Shown: positions 29,210 to 38,628 of the stretch, piece by piece
Numbering within the stretch: position 1 is the first letter of the stretch
Layout of the letters: each line of letters begins with the position of its first letter
Origin: Patescibacteria group bacterium
Lineage (GTDB): Bacteria > Patescibacteriota > Dojkabacteria > JAHIVN01
Assembly (NCBI GenBank): GCA_043816305.1
Contig: JBDRHZ010000012.1
Coordinates: forward strand, 55,701 to 119,700
Length of the DNA: 64,000 nucleotides
Direction of reading: 5' to 3'
Notes under the pieces: generated by a model
What the model was told of the DNA's origin: nothing
The model's database searches: none
The model's input: only the letters and a program-made list of their open reading frames with translations
Position numbers and translations under genes: made by a program

Positions 29210-29970
29210 TTCAACTGTTTTTCTAAGATAAGATTTGATAAATTCAAAATTTCCGTTGTTGATAATTGAATAAGCCTTACTTTCGTCTGCTCTAAAAGTT
29301 TTCCAAATGAGTTTTCTTGATCTTCCAATTTGGTCTTTGCGTCATCAAGCCCTTTAGCATATGAAGTGAGTATCAAATAAAAACTTCTCTCCATTGTCTG
29401 CGTTAAATCTTGATACTCAAGCAGGTATTCCTTACACCTTTTTTGCATTAACCCTGACAGGTTTTTATATCTGTTTATTTCAGTAGCAAGGCTTTTATCA
29501 TGAGTTGAAAATTTCTGAACTGTAATAATCTGAATCTGATTTTTAAGCGCAAATAAAGCCTGTTGAAGATACTTCTTAAATGCAAAAATCTCTTCTTCAC
29601 TGCTCATTGAGAGATTGATCGGCTCAATTTGATACACTTTTGAATACTGGCTATCAGAAACAATGACTATTCCTTCTGACACGTCTCTGCCAAGTGCGAT
29701 TCTCTGCTTCTTGTGAGAGAAAATATGTTTAAGCATATCAAGGATAAAAACATGAAGTGGTCTTCCGTAAGCGTCAAAAAGAAAAGGGAGAAGCAAAGTA
29801 CCGACAACAATTTCCCCCAAAATCTTCTGGTCAACGGTTGAAAGGTACGAAGTCGTCCAAACAATAAAAGATAATCCAATACCGATGAATATCAGAAAAT
29901 TCCTTCTGTTCAATACCACTGATAAAAGCCCTGTTTCTCTATTTAGTTTTGGCGGTACGATTTCCTGCAT
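29206..29970 (-). CDS. PrgI/VirB3-like membrane protein
   Basis: Two N-terminal TMs, GRPL, IEPINLSM; coupled to virB4. Confidence 0.65.
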   Translation of the reverse strand: MQEIVPPKLNRETGLLSVVLNRRNFLIFIGIGLSFIVWTTSYLSTVDQKILGEIVVGTLLLPFLFDAYGRPLHVFILDMLKHIFSHKKQRIALGRDVSEGIVIVSDSQYSKVYQIEPINLSMSSEEEIFAFKKYLQQALFALKNQIQIITVQKFSTHDKSLATEINRYKNLSGLMQKRCKEYLLEYQDLTQTMERSFYLILTSYAKGLDDAKTKLEDQENSFGKLLEQTKVRLIQLSTTEILNLSNLILEKQLK

Positions 29971-31996
29971 GTACTTTGTTCTTTAATTGATAATATTTAG
30001 CGATAGGCTTTTGCCCTTTTATTTGATCAGTAATCATTACTGTCTTTATTCCCTGTGATTTGAAATACCCCTCCTGATTAGCTTTTGTGATAACTTTCAT
30101 TCTATTGGAAGGATTGCTTACAAACTGTTGTATCTTTTGAGGATTATTATTTCCTGATATAACCTCGTTTTTTGAGTACCACTGAGTAATATGATCCCAG
30201 TGCTTGTCATTGCCGGTATCAAACGTTCTTCCTTGCTGTATCTCAATTGGTTTTGTTTGAACCACTTCATTTAGGTATTGCTGAGTGTTTGGATTAGAAA
30301 ACGATATCTCCGATAGATCCATCATCTGATGAATGGTTGCTGGCTGATCTACAAGCGGATAACCTTCAAAGGATTGATTGTAATTAGCCTGTTTGAATCC
30401 ATTTGAAAGGACTGTGCTGTCCTTGACTGAAAGATCTTGAATTTGATCCAGCTTGGGTGATACAGAATACAAAGTTGAGGATTTCCCGCTGTCTTTTAAT
30501 GCTCTATTATCAAGTGGCTTCATGCCAAGCATTGAAAATGCCTTCTTTGCACCAACACCACCAATTACTGCTGTTTTAAAGCTTTCTCCCCCTGCCTTCA
30601 ATGCTGATGATCCACTTTTAAATGCCACACCTGTATCCAGTGCTTTCTTTGCTGTACCTCCAAGTGGTAGTTTTGAAACAATCGCCTCACCTAATGCCTT
30701 GCCAGCCCATGAACGTACTGAGGCTGATTTTCCTTCTGACATTCCTGAAACAATTCCTTCCTTAACTCTTCTGGCCTGTCCAATTGTTGCACCAGCTACA
30801 ATTCCTCCTGCTACTGAGCCACCAATTCCCCATAAAATCCCTGAGAACCTGTTAATAATTGCTGGGATAATGTTTAAGAAAGCAAGTGAGCCAAGTCCAA
30901 GTATTACCTTCGGGACGGGCTCATCTACACTTGCGATTATTTCAATTGCTATACCTATTCCTATCAGGAAAATCGGTTGCATAAATAAGGTTCTGAGTGT
31001 TTCCTCAAGATATGACCTGAAAAATTGTCCTCCTCCGGGTAGTAGTCCAATTACAAATACAATTGGAAACAAAATCATGTGAAGTAACAAGTGGAAAAAA
31101 CGGATGATGAATTGGAATAAAAGAGTGACTAACAGGAAAAATAGACCTATCCATAGAATTATTTCTGCAAAAATATTTAGTGTTCCTTGAATAGTAAACT
31201 GCAATTTCTGGTCAACAATTTGAAGTCCTAAAGCAGTAAACAGTGACTCTGAAAGTGTTCCTGAGCTTGATCCTGCGACAAGCCTTTGAAGCATGAACTT
31301 ATCTAAAGCATTGGTAAGATCAATTGCATTAGCAAATAAAAACCTCATGGCAACCATACCGATAATAAAAAGAAGTGTCTTCTTTGCTATTTCCTTTAAT
31401 AGCAGGATCCCCTTGAATGATCCTTCAAGTACAACATATGTCCCTGTAATAACAATAATTAAAGGAAGAAGAAGCCAGGCGACACTTTGGGTTGCGTTGT
31501 AAAATTTATCAACATGAATAGGTATTCCGTTTCCCCTCGCATCTACTATCTGTCCATCGTTTTTTGCAATATTTGGTGTAAATGCTACATAATCATCAAA
31601 TAGCTCAAGTCCCTGCATGACAATTTCAGATATTGCATCGACAATTGATTCTTGAAAGCTGGAAAATGGATTAAGCATATCAATCGGATTGGGGATTGTT
31701 TGTCCCTGTCCCTGATTTTCAATAACCACAATTCCTGTATCCTTCGGGTTTTCAGGAGATTTGAACTCCTGTTCAATCTTCGGCTGTACAGGTTCTTCTT
31801 TGGGATCTGGATTAAATAAAAGTGCAGAAACAATCTGAATAAGTCCGATTAAAAGCATTAATGCTATGCCAATAATGAAGATCCTGTTAATGAGTTTCAT
31901 TTTCTCCTTATCAGCCTTTTTAATCTTTTCCTTTACTTCTAAAGCTTTATCATGGATTGGTTTGTAAAACTTAATAAAGTTAAACATGTTATACAT
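29939..31996 (-). CDS. VirB6/TrbL-like polytopic T4SS protein
   Basis: Multiple TMs followed by a G/A-rich tail; located between pilin and PrgI. Confidence 0.75.
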   Translation of the reverse strand: MYNMFNFIKFYKPIHDKALEVKEKIKKADKEKMKLINRIFIIGIALMLLIGLIQIVSALLFNPDPKEEPVQPKIEQEFKSPENPKDTGIVVIENQGQGQTIPNPIDMLNPFSSFQESIVDAISEIVMQGLELFDDYVAFTPNIAKNDGQIVDARGNGIPIHVDKFYNATQSVAWLLLPLIIVITGTYVVLEGSFKGILLLKEIAKKTLLFIIGMVAMRFLFANAIDLTNALDKFMLQRLVAGSSSGTLSESLFTALGLQIVDQKLQFTIQGTLNIFAEIILWIGLFFLLVTLLFQFIIRFFHLLLHMILFPIVFVIGLLPGGGQFFRSYLEETLRTLFMQPIFLIGIGIAIEIIASVDEPVPKVILGLGSLAFLNIIPAIINRFSGILWGIGGSVAGGIVAGATIGQARRVKEGIVSGMSEGKSASVRSWAGKALGEAIVSKLPLGGTAKKALDTGVAFKSGSSALKAGGESFKTAVIGGVGAKKAFSMLGMKPLDNRALKDSGKSSTLYSVSPKLDQIQDLSVKDSTVLSNGFKQANYNQSFEGYPLVDQPATIHQMMDLSEISFSNPNTQQYLNEVVQTKPIEIQQGRTFDTGNDKHWDHITQWYSKNEVISGNNNPQKIQQFVSNPSNRMKVITKANQEGYFKSQGIKTVMITDQIKGQKPIAKYYQLKNKVHAGNRTAKTK

Positions 31997-32327
31997 TGGC
32001 TATGAATTTAATAGCGTCCAAAATAAAGTCAGGTTTGAATAGGAAGAGTGCGGCAATTAGCAATAAGAGAATATCTCTAGCTAAAGCTCCTCGATATTGA
32101 GGGTTATCCTTGTTATTAAGCATTTCAAAGGCATCTTTTATGATGAAAAGAATAAATACTCCTGAACCAATTCTAGTCGCTAAAGTAACAATTCTCTCAA
32201 TAATCGCTGATATTTCACCGCTTGGATCAGATTGAGCATAAGCAGTCTGAACCGCTATAAACGGATACATCAGAAACGTTGTTCCAACTAATATCAATTT
32301 CTTGATCTTTTCGATTTTGTTCTTCAT
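31989..32327 (-). CDS. VirB2/TrbC-like pilin
   Basis: Signal peptide ending AYA-Q, two hydrophobic helices, 112 aa. Confidence 0.6.
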   Translation of the reverse strand: MKNKIEKIKKLILVGTTFLMYPFIAVQTAYAQSDPSGEISAIIERIVTLATRIGSGVFILFIIKDAFEMLNNKDNPQYRGALARDILLLLIAALFLFKPDFILDAIKFIANV

Positions 32328-32344
32328 ATATGTTGATTAATAAA

Positions 32345-32482
32345 TTAATGTGGCTCATCCTCCTTTAGGGGATCTTCGTATTTCTTCTGTTTACGGTCTT
32401 TCTTCTCGTGGTATATGCCTCTTATGAAAATGACTGCTACATAAAAAGCAAAAACACTAACAAATATTACTAAGGTGATCAT
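32345..32482 (-). CDS. 45-aa single-TM small protein
   Basis: ATGA overlap with the adhesin stop; MITLVIFVSVFAFYVAVIFIRGIYHEKKDRK.. Confidence 0.55.
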   Translation of the reverse strand: MITLVIFVSVFAFYVAVIFIRGIYHEKKDRKQKKYEDPLKEDEPH

Positions 32483-35400
32483 TTCTTTCTTCTTTTTGAT
32501 TTAATAATTAAGATTAATGTCATAGTACCGATGAGGATCAGCCCAAGACCAAGTGAGACAGGTCTCAGTATTGATTCTCCTGTCTGTGCGATAACAACAT
32601 CTCTGTAAATTCCAGCATTGAGAAAGTTGATACATCCGCTTGCTGTGAGGTATCTGACTCCATCTTTTACATAATCCTCGATCTCTCCATTATCCTTTGG
32701 AGGAAGTAAAACGAGCTTAAACTCATCAGGAGTAGTGATATTGTCATAGCCTTCCGGCTTGAAAACCCTAACAGTTATTAAAGTGTTGTATGGAAGCCCT
32801 GTGTATTCGTAATGACCGTTTTGATCTGTAGATATCTCTACTTCATTGCCTTCAAGGTAATCAGTTTCTCCCCATTTGAGATTTACTCTTACATCAGCAA
32901 TTCCTTTCTCAGATTCGTCATATTTGCTGTTGTTGTTTGAATCTTCCCAAATAAAGCCTCCCATACAGCAGGAACTTACTGTAGCTGTTATCACTTCGCT
33001 TTCAATCTGATCAATAACAGGAGTGTAAATAACAGCAGTATTCCTGACCTCAGTTCCGCTTTCAGTCGGTATTTCTATAACAACTTTGAATGAAAAAGTA
33101 CCTTCAGCTTGAGGTTCAAGTTGTCCAATACTCCAAGATACTTCGTTCTTCTCAGAATTAAATTCACTTGGAATTAAAGGATCTGGATTAACAAACTCAA
33201 CAAACTTAGTATGTTCAGGAATAGAATCTGTTATCTTTGTTTCCGGCGAGTATCCTGTTCCTGTATTTTTATAGCGGATTGTGTAAACAATCATTTCACC
33301 GGGTGATACGGTTTCCGGTAGCGTTTGCTCCTTAATAAGCTCTAGTATTGGAGCGTGTACTATTATTTCAACTTCATCATTAATCTGCGGTCTTTCGTTT
33401 TCGTTTGAATCTGTATAGTTGTATTCAACCTCGTTGTTAAATACATCGAGATCTTCAACAGGAACAAGGAATTTAGCTCTGATTTGAATATCAATACTTT
33501 GTCCAGCCTCAAGCTCAACTTCAAAACTGATGTTCTGTCCGTCAACTATAGTTTTATCTTCAGGATAATCAGCAGAAACAAACTGAAGCCCTTCAGGAAG
33601 GGTATCGCTTACTGTTCCAACAGCTTTTGCACTACCTGTATTTTCAATGTGAATTGAATAAACAATTTCCTCATCACTCTGATACTCTAATTTGTCTGAT
33701 ACTTTTACAATCTGCGCGTCTGGCTGGTTTACCTTAATTATTGCATTGTCGGTATCTGTTTCAACGAGTTCATTTTCCGATACAATTTCTGATACATTGT
33801 TAATTAACCTTTCTGCATCATCGTAAGATAAAGTAACTGTAGAATCTGAGTTGATCTTCACCCTGAATTCTTTAACTTTCCATTCGTCACTAACTTTTAG
33901 ATCCCCGATATTCCAGATAATGTCGTATCCCGTTGAAGTTTCGATTACTTCAATGTTATCCGACACATCAAAAACTTCACTGGATAAAATAACCTCAAAT
34001 TGATTTCCATCCTTATCGGTAATGTATTTTGGAAGATGATCTATTACAGAAGTATCAGGACTGTCTGCGTTACCAGTGTTTCTATAAATGAGGGTATATT
34101 TAAGTGAATCTCCTGCAATTGCGTAAACATCACTTGAATTATTCAAGATACTATCTGCATCAGATCCATATTCGGGATGGTCAACATCTTTTCCGCTGTG
34201 GTCTCTTCCTTTCTCAACTGCTGTTTCATTAATCACAAACTTTTCAATATCATTATCAGGATAAGCTTCAACAGGCAGGTTATGTTCTGCTTGGGCTGGC
34301 GGATAAAAGGAGGTTTCTGTTACTGCAAGATTGTTTAAGTTTGTAGTCCCAACAGGGAAAACAGGATCAAGAACAGCATTGAACGTTAGCGTTTTACTAG
34401 AACCCCAAATGCTTCTTGAATCAGGTTGATATGAGCCATTAAGGATATATTGAGGCTCAGTTGTACTCCAAACAACTCTCCGTGTTTCTCCATCCCAAGC
34501 GCCATCATCTGAAATATCGGAAACTGTCATTCTTTCAGGTACAAAGTCATAAACCTCTGTGTTATATGCGTTTCCAGTACCAATATTTCTTACATTAATC
34601 ACCCAGTGAATAGTTTGAGCAGGATCGGCTGTATCAATTCCATCATCTTTGGTTATCTCAAGTATCGGGGCGTGTATAGTCGTTATTGTCGAATCACTGA
34701 CTGGCGGTACTTCGTTTGTTCTGACCTCTGCTATGTTGTTAATCTGGGTGTTATCAGCAATTCCTGTATTGAACTGAACCGTAAACTGGACACGCCTATT
34801 TTCAGTTTGAGGTAAATTCCCTATATCCCAAACGATTTCACCGACTAGCAGTCCACTTGGATCAATTCGAGTAGTTAAGACCCCTCCATCGCTTATATCA
34901 ATTATCCGACCTTTTCTTATAACTTCCGATACATTATCGTGAATTGAAACAGAGTGCGCATCCGCGTCACCGCTGTTTTCAATGAAGATCGAGTAGGTCG
35001 TTAGCCTTTCGGTATTATCCGGATGCGCGCCTTGTATATGGTTTGAACTGCTGTTTGTTTCATCGCTGTCTGATACAGTTTTATCAATCGTCATTCTTAC
35101 TTCAGCAGTAATATTCGTCTGAGTCGAGTCATTAATAGGAGAAGTCTGATCGCTATCTACAATAGCAGTATTAGGAGCTTGATAAGTGCCGTGTGCTAAA
35201 GGAGAAGTAACTCTTGCTCTAACCGTAAAAGTCCTTGTTTCACTATGTTCAAGTGTTCCAACATTCCAAGTGATTGTATTTCCATTGTCATTTCCACCAC
35301 CTGAATCAATTATTTGTATTAAAGACTGGTCATAATCGTCTGTAACTGTAACTCCTGTTGCTCTTCCACCAGTATTGCCAACCGTTATATTATATGAAAT

Positions 35401-36633
35401 TTCTTCATTCGGTCTTGAGTCGTTTGTCTCAACATTTGTTTCATCATTGTCGCTAACAGTTTTATTAACAGTTAGTACAGGTGGAAGATCGAGCCTTACC
35501 TGTCCTGAATTAAACCAGTAAGGTATAAGAACAACATTGATAGGTGGTCTTTCTATTTGTCCCCAAACTGGCTGATTTGCATTCCAGTTTGACGGTGAGC
35601 CTAAGTCGTCTCTTTGAACAACTCCGGGTCTGATTGCAGGGTTTCCAACATCATAAATTGAAGGCTGAGTTTCCGATTGCGTTTCTTCGTGCCAGTTGTT
35701 ATCCCAGATAGTCGCAGGATCATTAATTATTATATTCGGATAATTTGTTCCCCAATTCTCATCGTAAGTAACAGTCCTATTTTGTCCTGAATTGATACAA
35801 AAGGTTTGGTCATATACTGCACCAGTCGGCATTACATCTCTAAAGCGGATATTGCATAAATTGTATGCAGATGCATTTCGTAAAACTGCTGTATATCTGA
35901 CTGTTAAGTTTGAACCATTCCATATTGGTGAAGCTGTAAAGCTTTGAAGCTGAATTGGCTGAATTGTCTCAAAAGAGTAAATAACATGACCGTATGCCGA
36001 AACATGATCGGGGAAATATCCTACATAACCCGAAGTAATATACTTACCGCTTCTTGCAGGAAAACCATTCATATAGATAGTTCCATAAGTTCCACCCGCT
36101 CCAAGTCTTGTTATATCCCCATCAGCCGGATTTACTCTTGATGTGAAGAAATTGAGTGCATCAAGGTTTACTCCGTGACCTGCATAACTGTATGACCACT
36201 CTCCAATTTCAATTCTAGTATTCGGCGGTACTGCAACTCTATCCGCAATATAAGGATACCTGTGAGCATCAGGATAGGTGATATCAGCAACTTGTGTAAA
36301 ATGATGATTTTGAATCCAGTTGCCATTTACACCATCAACATTCCCATTATCCCAATTAACTCCATTGCCTCCAATATCGTTGTACTGAAGTCCGACTACT
36401 GTTGCGAACTGACAGCCTCCGACATCCCCATCAGGATAAAAAGGATCTGCATGTACTGGTGTTGTAAAAAGCAGATTGGTAATTCCAGAAGTGAATAATA
36501 TCGTTAAAACAGTAAAGAAAGCCCTAAGAAGCTTTCCGATACGCTTTCTTCTGAATATTCGTTTTGTTAAAAGCCGATGTTTTAAAAAGCTTTTAATACG
36601 GTTATTGATAGGCTCTGTATTTTGAGACTTCAT
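32479..36633 (-). CDS. Large sortase-anchored adhesin (DUF11 repeats + SdrD B-like domain)
   Basis: Repeated K....Y.I...NTG...V.D units; GFIWEDSNNN..TDQNGHYEYTGL; IAQTG + TM + KSKRRKK sorting signal. Confidence 0.85.
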   Translation of the reverse strand: MKSQNTEPINNRIKSFLKHRLLTKRIFRRKRIGKLLRAFFTVLTILFTSGITNLLFTTPVHADPFYPDGDVGGCQFATVVGLQYNDIGGNGVNWDNGNVDGVNGNWIQNHHFTQVADITYPDAHRYPYIADRVAVPPNTRIEIGEWSYSYAGHGVNLDALNFFTSRVNPADGDITRLGAGGTYGTIYMNGFPARSGKYITSGYVGYFPDHVSAYGHVIYSFETIQPIQLQSFTASPIWNGSNLTVRYTAVLRNASAYNLCNIRFRDVMPTGAVYDQTFCINSGQNRTVTYDENWGTNYPNIIINDPATIWDNNWHEETQSETQPSIYDVGNPAIRPGVVQRDDLGSPSNWNANQPVWGQIERPPINVVLIPYWFNSGQVRLDLPPVLTVNKTVSDNDETNVETNDSRPNEEISYNITVGNTGGRATGVTVTDDYDQSLIQIIDSGGGNDNGNTITWNVGTLEHSETRTFTVRARVTSPLAHGTYQAPNTAIVDSDQTSPINDSTQTNITAEVRMTIDKTVSDSDETNSSSNHIQGAHPDNTERLTTYSIFIENSGDADAHSVSIHDNVSEVIRKGRIIDISDGGVLTTRIDPSGLLVGEIVWDIGNLPQTENRRVQFTVQFNTGIADNTQINNIAEVRTNEVPPVSDSTITTIHAPILEITKDDGIDTADPAQTIHWVINVRNIGTGNAYNTEVYDFVPERMTVSDISDDGAWDGETRRVVWSTTEPQYILNGSYQPDSRSIWGSSKTLTFNAVLDPVFPVGTTNLNNLAVTETSFYPPAQAEHNLPVEAYPDNDIEKFVINETAVEKGRDHSGKDVDHPEYGSDADSILNNSSDVYAIAGDSLKYTLIYRNTGNADSPDTSVIDHLPKYITDKDGNQFEVILSSEVFDVSDNIEVIETSTGYDIIWNIGDLKVSDEWKVKEFRVKINSDSTVTLSYDDAERLINNVSEIVSENELVETDTDNAIIKVNQPDAQIVKVSDKLEYQSDEEIVYSIHIENTGSAKAVGTVSDTLPEGLQFVSADYPEDKTIVDGQNISFEVELEAGQSIDIQIRAKFLVPVEDLDVFNNEVEYNYTDSNENERPQINDEVEIIVHAPILELIKEQTLPETVSPGEMIVYTIRYKNTGTGYSPETKITDSIPEHTKFVEFVNPDPLIPSEFNSEKNEVSWSIGQLEPQAEGTFSFKVVIEIPTESGTEVRNTAVIYTPVIDQIESEVITATVSSCCMGGFIWEDSNNNSKYDESEKGIADVRVNLKWGETDYLEGNEVEISTDQNGHYEYTGLPYNTLITVRVFKPEGYDNITTPDEFKLVLLPPKDNGEIEDYVKDGVRYLTASGCINFLNAGIYRDVVIAQTGESILRPVSLGLGLILIGTMTLILIIKSKRRKK

Positions 36634-36967
36634 TTTTTAAATACTTAATATTTAATTTAACTACTAGAGTTCCTTCTTCTCTGTTTTTGATTTTTAGAAG
36701 TCCACGCTTATTTACCTGTTGTATTGCCTCATTTAAACTTCCACTTGTTATTCCACATCCGTATATTTGAAAAATTCTTTCTCCTGTATCATTGAAAAAG
36801 TCCTGTCCGTTGAGGAGTTCCTCTTTAAATACAAAACACCAGTGTTCTGGACAAAAACCAAGATAGACAAGCAGGAAAATAGTTAATCGGGCTTCTAATT
36901 CAGAAGCATTCCTTAGAATATGAAATACAAAGTGCATCAATGCTGTTTCTGTGTCTTGTCTTATCAT
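36602..36967 (-). CDS. Hypothetical protein (possible wHTH)
   Basis: Overlaps neighbours in the Cro operon. Confidence 0.55.
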   Translation of the reverse strand: MIRQDTETALMHFVFHILRNASELEARLTIFLLVYLGFCPEHWCFVFKEELLNGQDFFNDTGERIFQIYGCGITSGSLNEAIQQVNKRGLLKIKNREEGTLVVKLNIKYLKNEVSKYRAYQ

Positions 36968-37365
36968 TTGAAGTAAATAACAACTGAGTTAGATATATTG
37001 AAAACTGGATTACCGTTTGATTTGCGAATTTCAACCTTTGGCACATTCAAACCATGCTTGTTACATGCTTCACGAAGGCTTTCTACTCTCTGCCTTAACT
37101 TATCTTTTCTGTGCATGAGGTTTTTGACTGCTTCCAGATAGTCCTCAAAGCTGGCAATCATATAAAAGCCGTATGGACCTTTCGTTGTTGATCCAATCGG
37201 ATAATTTCCTTCGTTAACCAAATACTGAACGACACGTCTGATTTCTCTATCGTTAAGCGGTACACATTCCATCAGCTGATCAACCTGTATAGGATCTACT
37301 TTGCCGATATGCTTCCGAATCAGCTTTAATATTTGTTTTTGGTATCTTCTTTCTTGTTCGTTCAT
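36964..37365 (-). CDS. wHTH DNA-binding protein, phage/ICE type
   Basis: DREIRRVVQYL..YPIGS..GFYM followed by a coiled coil. Confidence 0.65.
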   Translation of the reverse strand: MNEQERRYQKQILKLIRKHIGKVDPIQVDQLMECVPLNDREIRRVVQYLVNEGNYPIGSTTKGPYGFYMIASFEDYLEAVKNLMHRKDKLRQRVESLREACNKHGLNVPKVEIRKSNGNPVFNISNSVVIYFK

Positions 37366-37565
37366 ACTTGATACATTGGTAATTTGCCTTGCATCTTTGA
37401 GTAGGCGTTATGACAAACTTTGGCGTAATTTGTTAAATTAGTTGCAATGATCTCAACCTTTTCTTCCGTAAGCTTTCTTTTGTATCTCGGTTCAAACACC
37501 TTCCTTATCTGACGTAAAAATTCCTTTCGGTCTGCTACTTTTTGCTTTTCCCTCTTTGTCATCAT
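37362..37565 (-). CDS. Small RKVFEPRY-family protein (candidate RDF)
   Basis: Second gene of the Cro operon; homologous to 9446-9703. Confidence 0.75.
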   Translation of the reverse strand: MMTKREKQKVADRKEFLRQIRKVFEPRYKRKLTEEKVEIIATNLTNYAKVCHNAYSKMQGKLPMYQV

Positions 37566-37768
37566 TTTTTGTCCTTACAGATAAACAATTTTTCAAGTCT
37601 CTCTCCAATGGCTTTAGCTATACGAAAAGCATTTGAAAGGTTAGGTATCGATTCACCTCGCTCTATTTTGATGTAACCCATTAAGGATAAATTGGCTCTG
37701 CGAGCAACCTCTCTTTGAGTCAATTTCTTGTTTTTCCTCACTATTTTCAGGTTATTCTTAATGGTCAT
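37562..37768 (-). CDS. Cro-like XRE regulator
   Basis: LTQREVARRANLS..YIKIERGESIP; divergent from CI. Confidence 0.88.
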   Translation of the reverse strand: MTIKNNLKIVRKNKKLTQREVARRANLSLMGYIKIERGESIPNLSNAFRIAKAIGERLEKLFICKDKK

Positions 37769-37774
37769 TTGTGA

Positions 37775-37953
37775 TATATAGAAAACTGTATATTTATTTA
37801 TACAGTATCATATATAGACTAATAATTGTGGTCAAGAAAAATAATCCCGAGTAACTCTGAGAGTATACCGATTCACCTTTACTAACCGAGCAAATTCGAG
37901 TTTTACGAAATTCATAATGTACACTTGACTTTATATACTAAAGTGTATATTAT
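37775..37953. promoter_or_regulatory. Divergent promoters and three 18-bp operators (CI/Cro switch)
   Basis: Leftward TTGACC-17-TATGAT (37835-37807); rightward TTGACT-17-TATTAT (37925-37953); operators at 37775-37792, 37799-37816, 37932-37949. Confidence 0.75.
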
Positions 37954-37956
37954 TAT

Positions 37957-38628
37957 ATGTATTCTATGACTAACAAGATGATTCACTCTTTAGGAAAACT
38001 CTTAAAACAAATTCGAATAGAAAAAGGGCTTACACAGATAGATGTAGGTCGTAAAATGGGCTTTACCAGCAATGGCTATGTTGCGACCATTGAAAAGGGG
38101 AAATATGAGCCCAATGAAGAAACACTTAAAAAGTATGCAAAAGCGTTAGATATTACTTTTGAAAAGATATTAAAGGTCAAGCAAAAAGGACGTTTAATGG
38201 ATATGGGATTAAGAGAAGATCATATCTTTACAGAAATGATGCGTATCCCTATTCTTGGTCAAGTACCATGCGGAGAACCTTCTGAGGCTATTGAAGAAGC
38301 TCATGAGTACTTTCCTGTACCCTTTGATGAAGAGCTGTCCAGAAAAAAAGATATATTCGGACTCAAAGCTAATGGACTCTCTATGAAAGACGCGGGAATT
38401 TTACCCGGAGATATAATTATCATTGATCCTTACGCTTTCATAAACAATGGAGATATTGTTGTTGCTAAGATAAGTGAAGATGTAACTTTAAAGTTTTATT
38501 ATGAGCGTGGCGGTTATGTTGAGTTAAGACCAGCAAATCCTGATTTTAAACCGATTAAAACCAACGACCCTTCTTTTAGAGTTGTTGGGAAAGTAATTAA
38601 GAAAATAACTGTTGAAAATTATGCTTAA
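37957..38628 (+). CDS. CI/LexA-like repressor (XRE + S24 peptidase)
   Basis: HTH; ILGQVPCG cleavage loop; GLSM (Ser), VTLK (Lys), ELRPANP. Confidence 0.92.
   Translation: MYSMTNKMIHSLGKLLKQIRIEKGLTQIDVGRKMGFTSNGYVATIEKGKYEPNEETLKKYAKALDITFEKILKVKQKGRLMDMGLREDHIFTEMMRIPILGQVPCGEPSEAIEEAHEYFPVPFDEELSRKKDIFGLKANGLSMKDAGILPGDIIIIDPYAFINNGDIVVAKISEDVTLKFYYERGGYVELRPANPDFKPIKTNDPSFRVVGKVIKKITVENYA

Noticed and set aside
30453-31082. 209-aa plus-strand ORF (similarly 56297-56992, 4890-5324, 12974-13315)
   Set aside because: Antisense shadows of well-supported genes with no motifs of their own.
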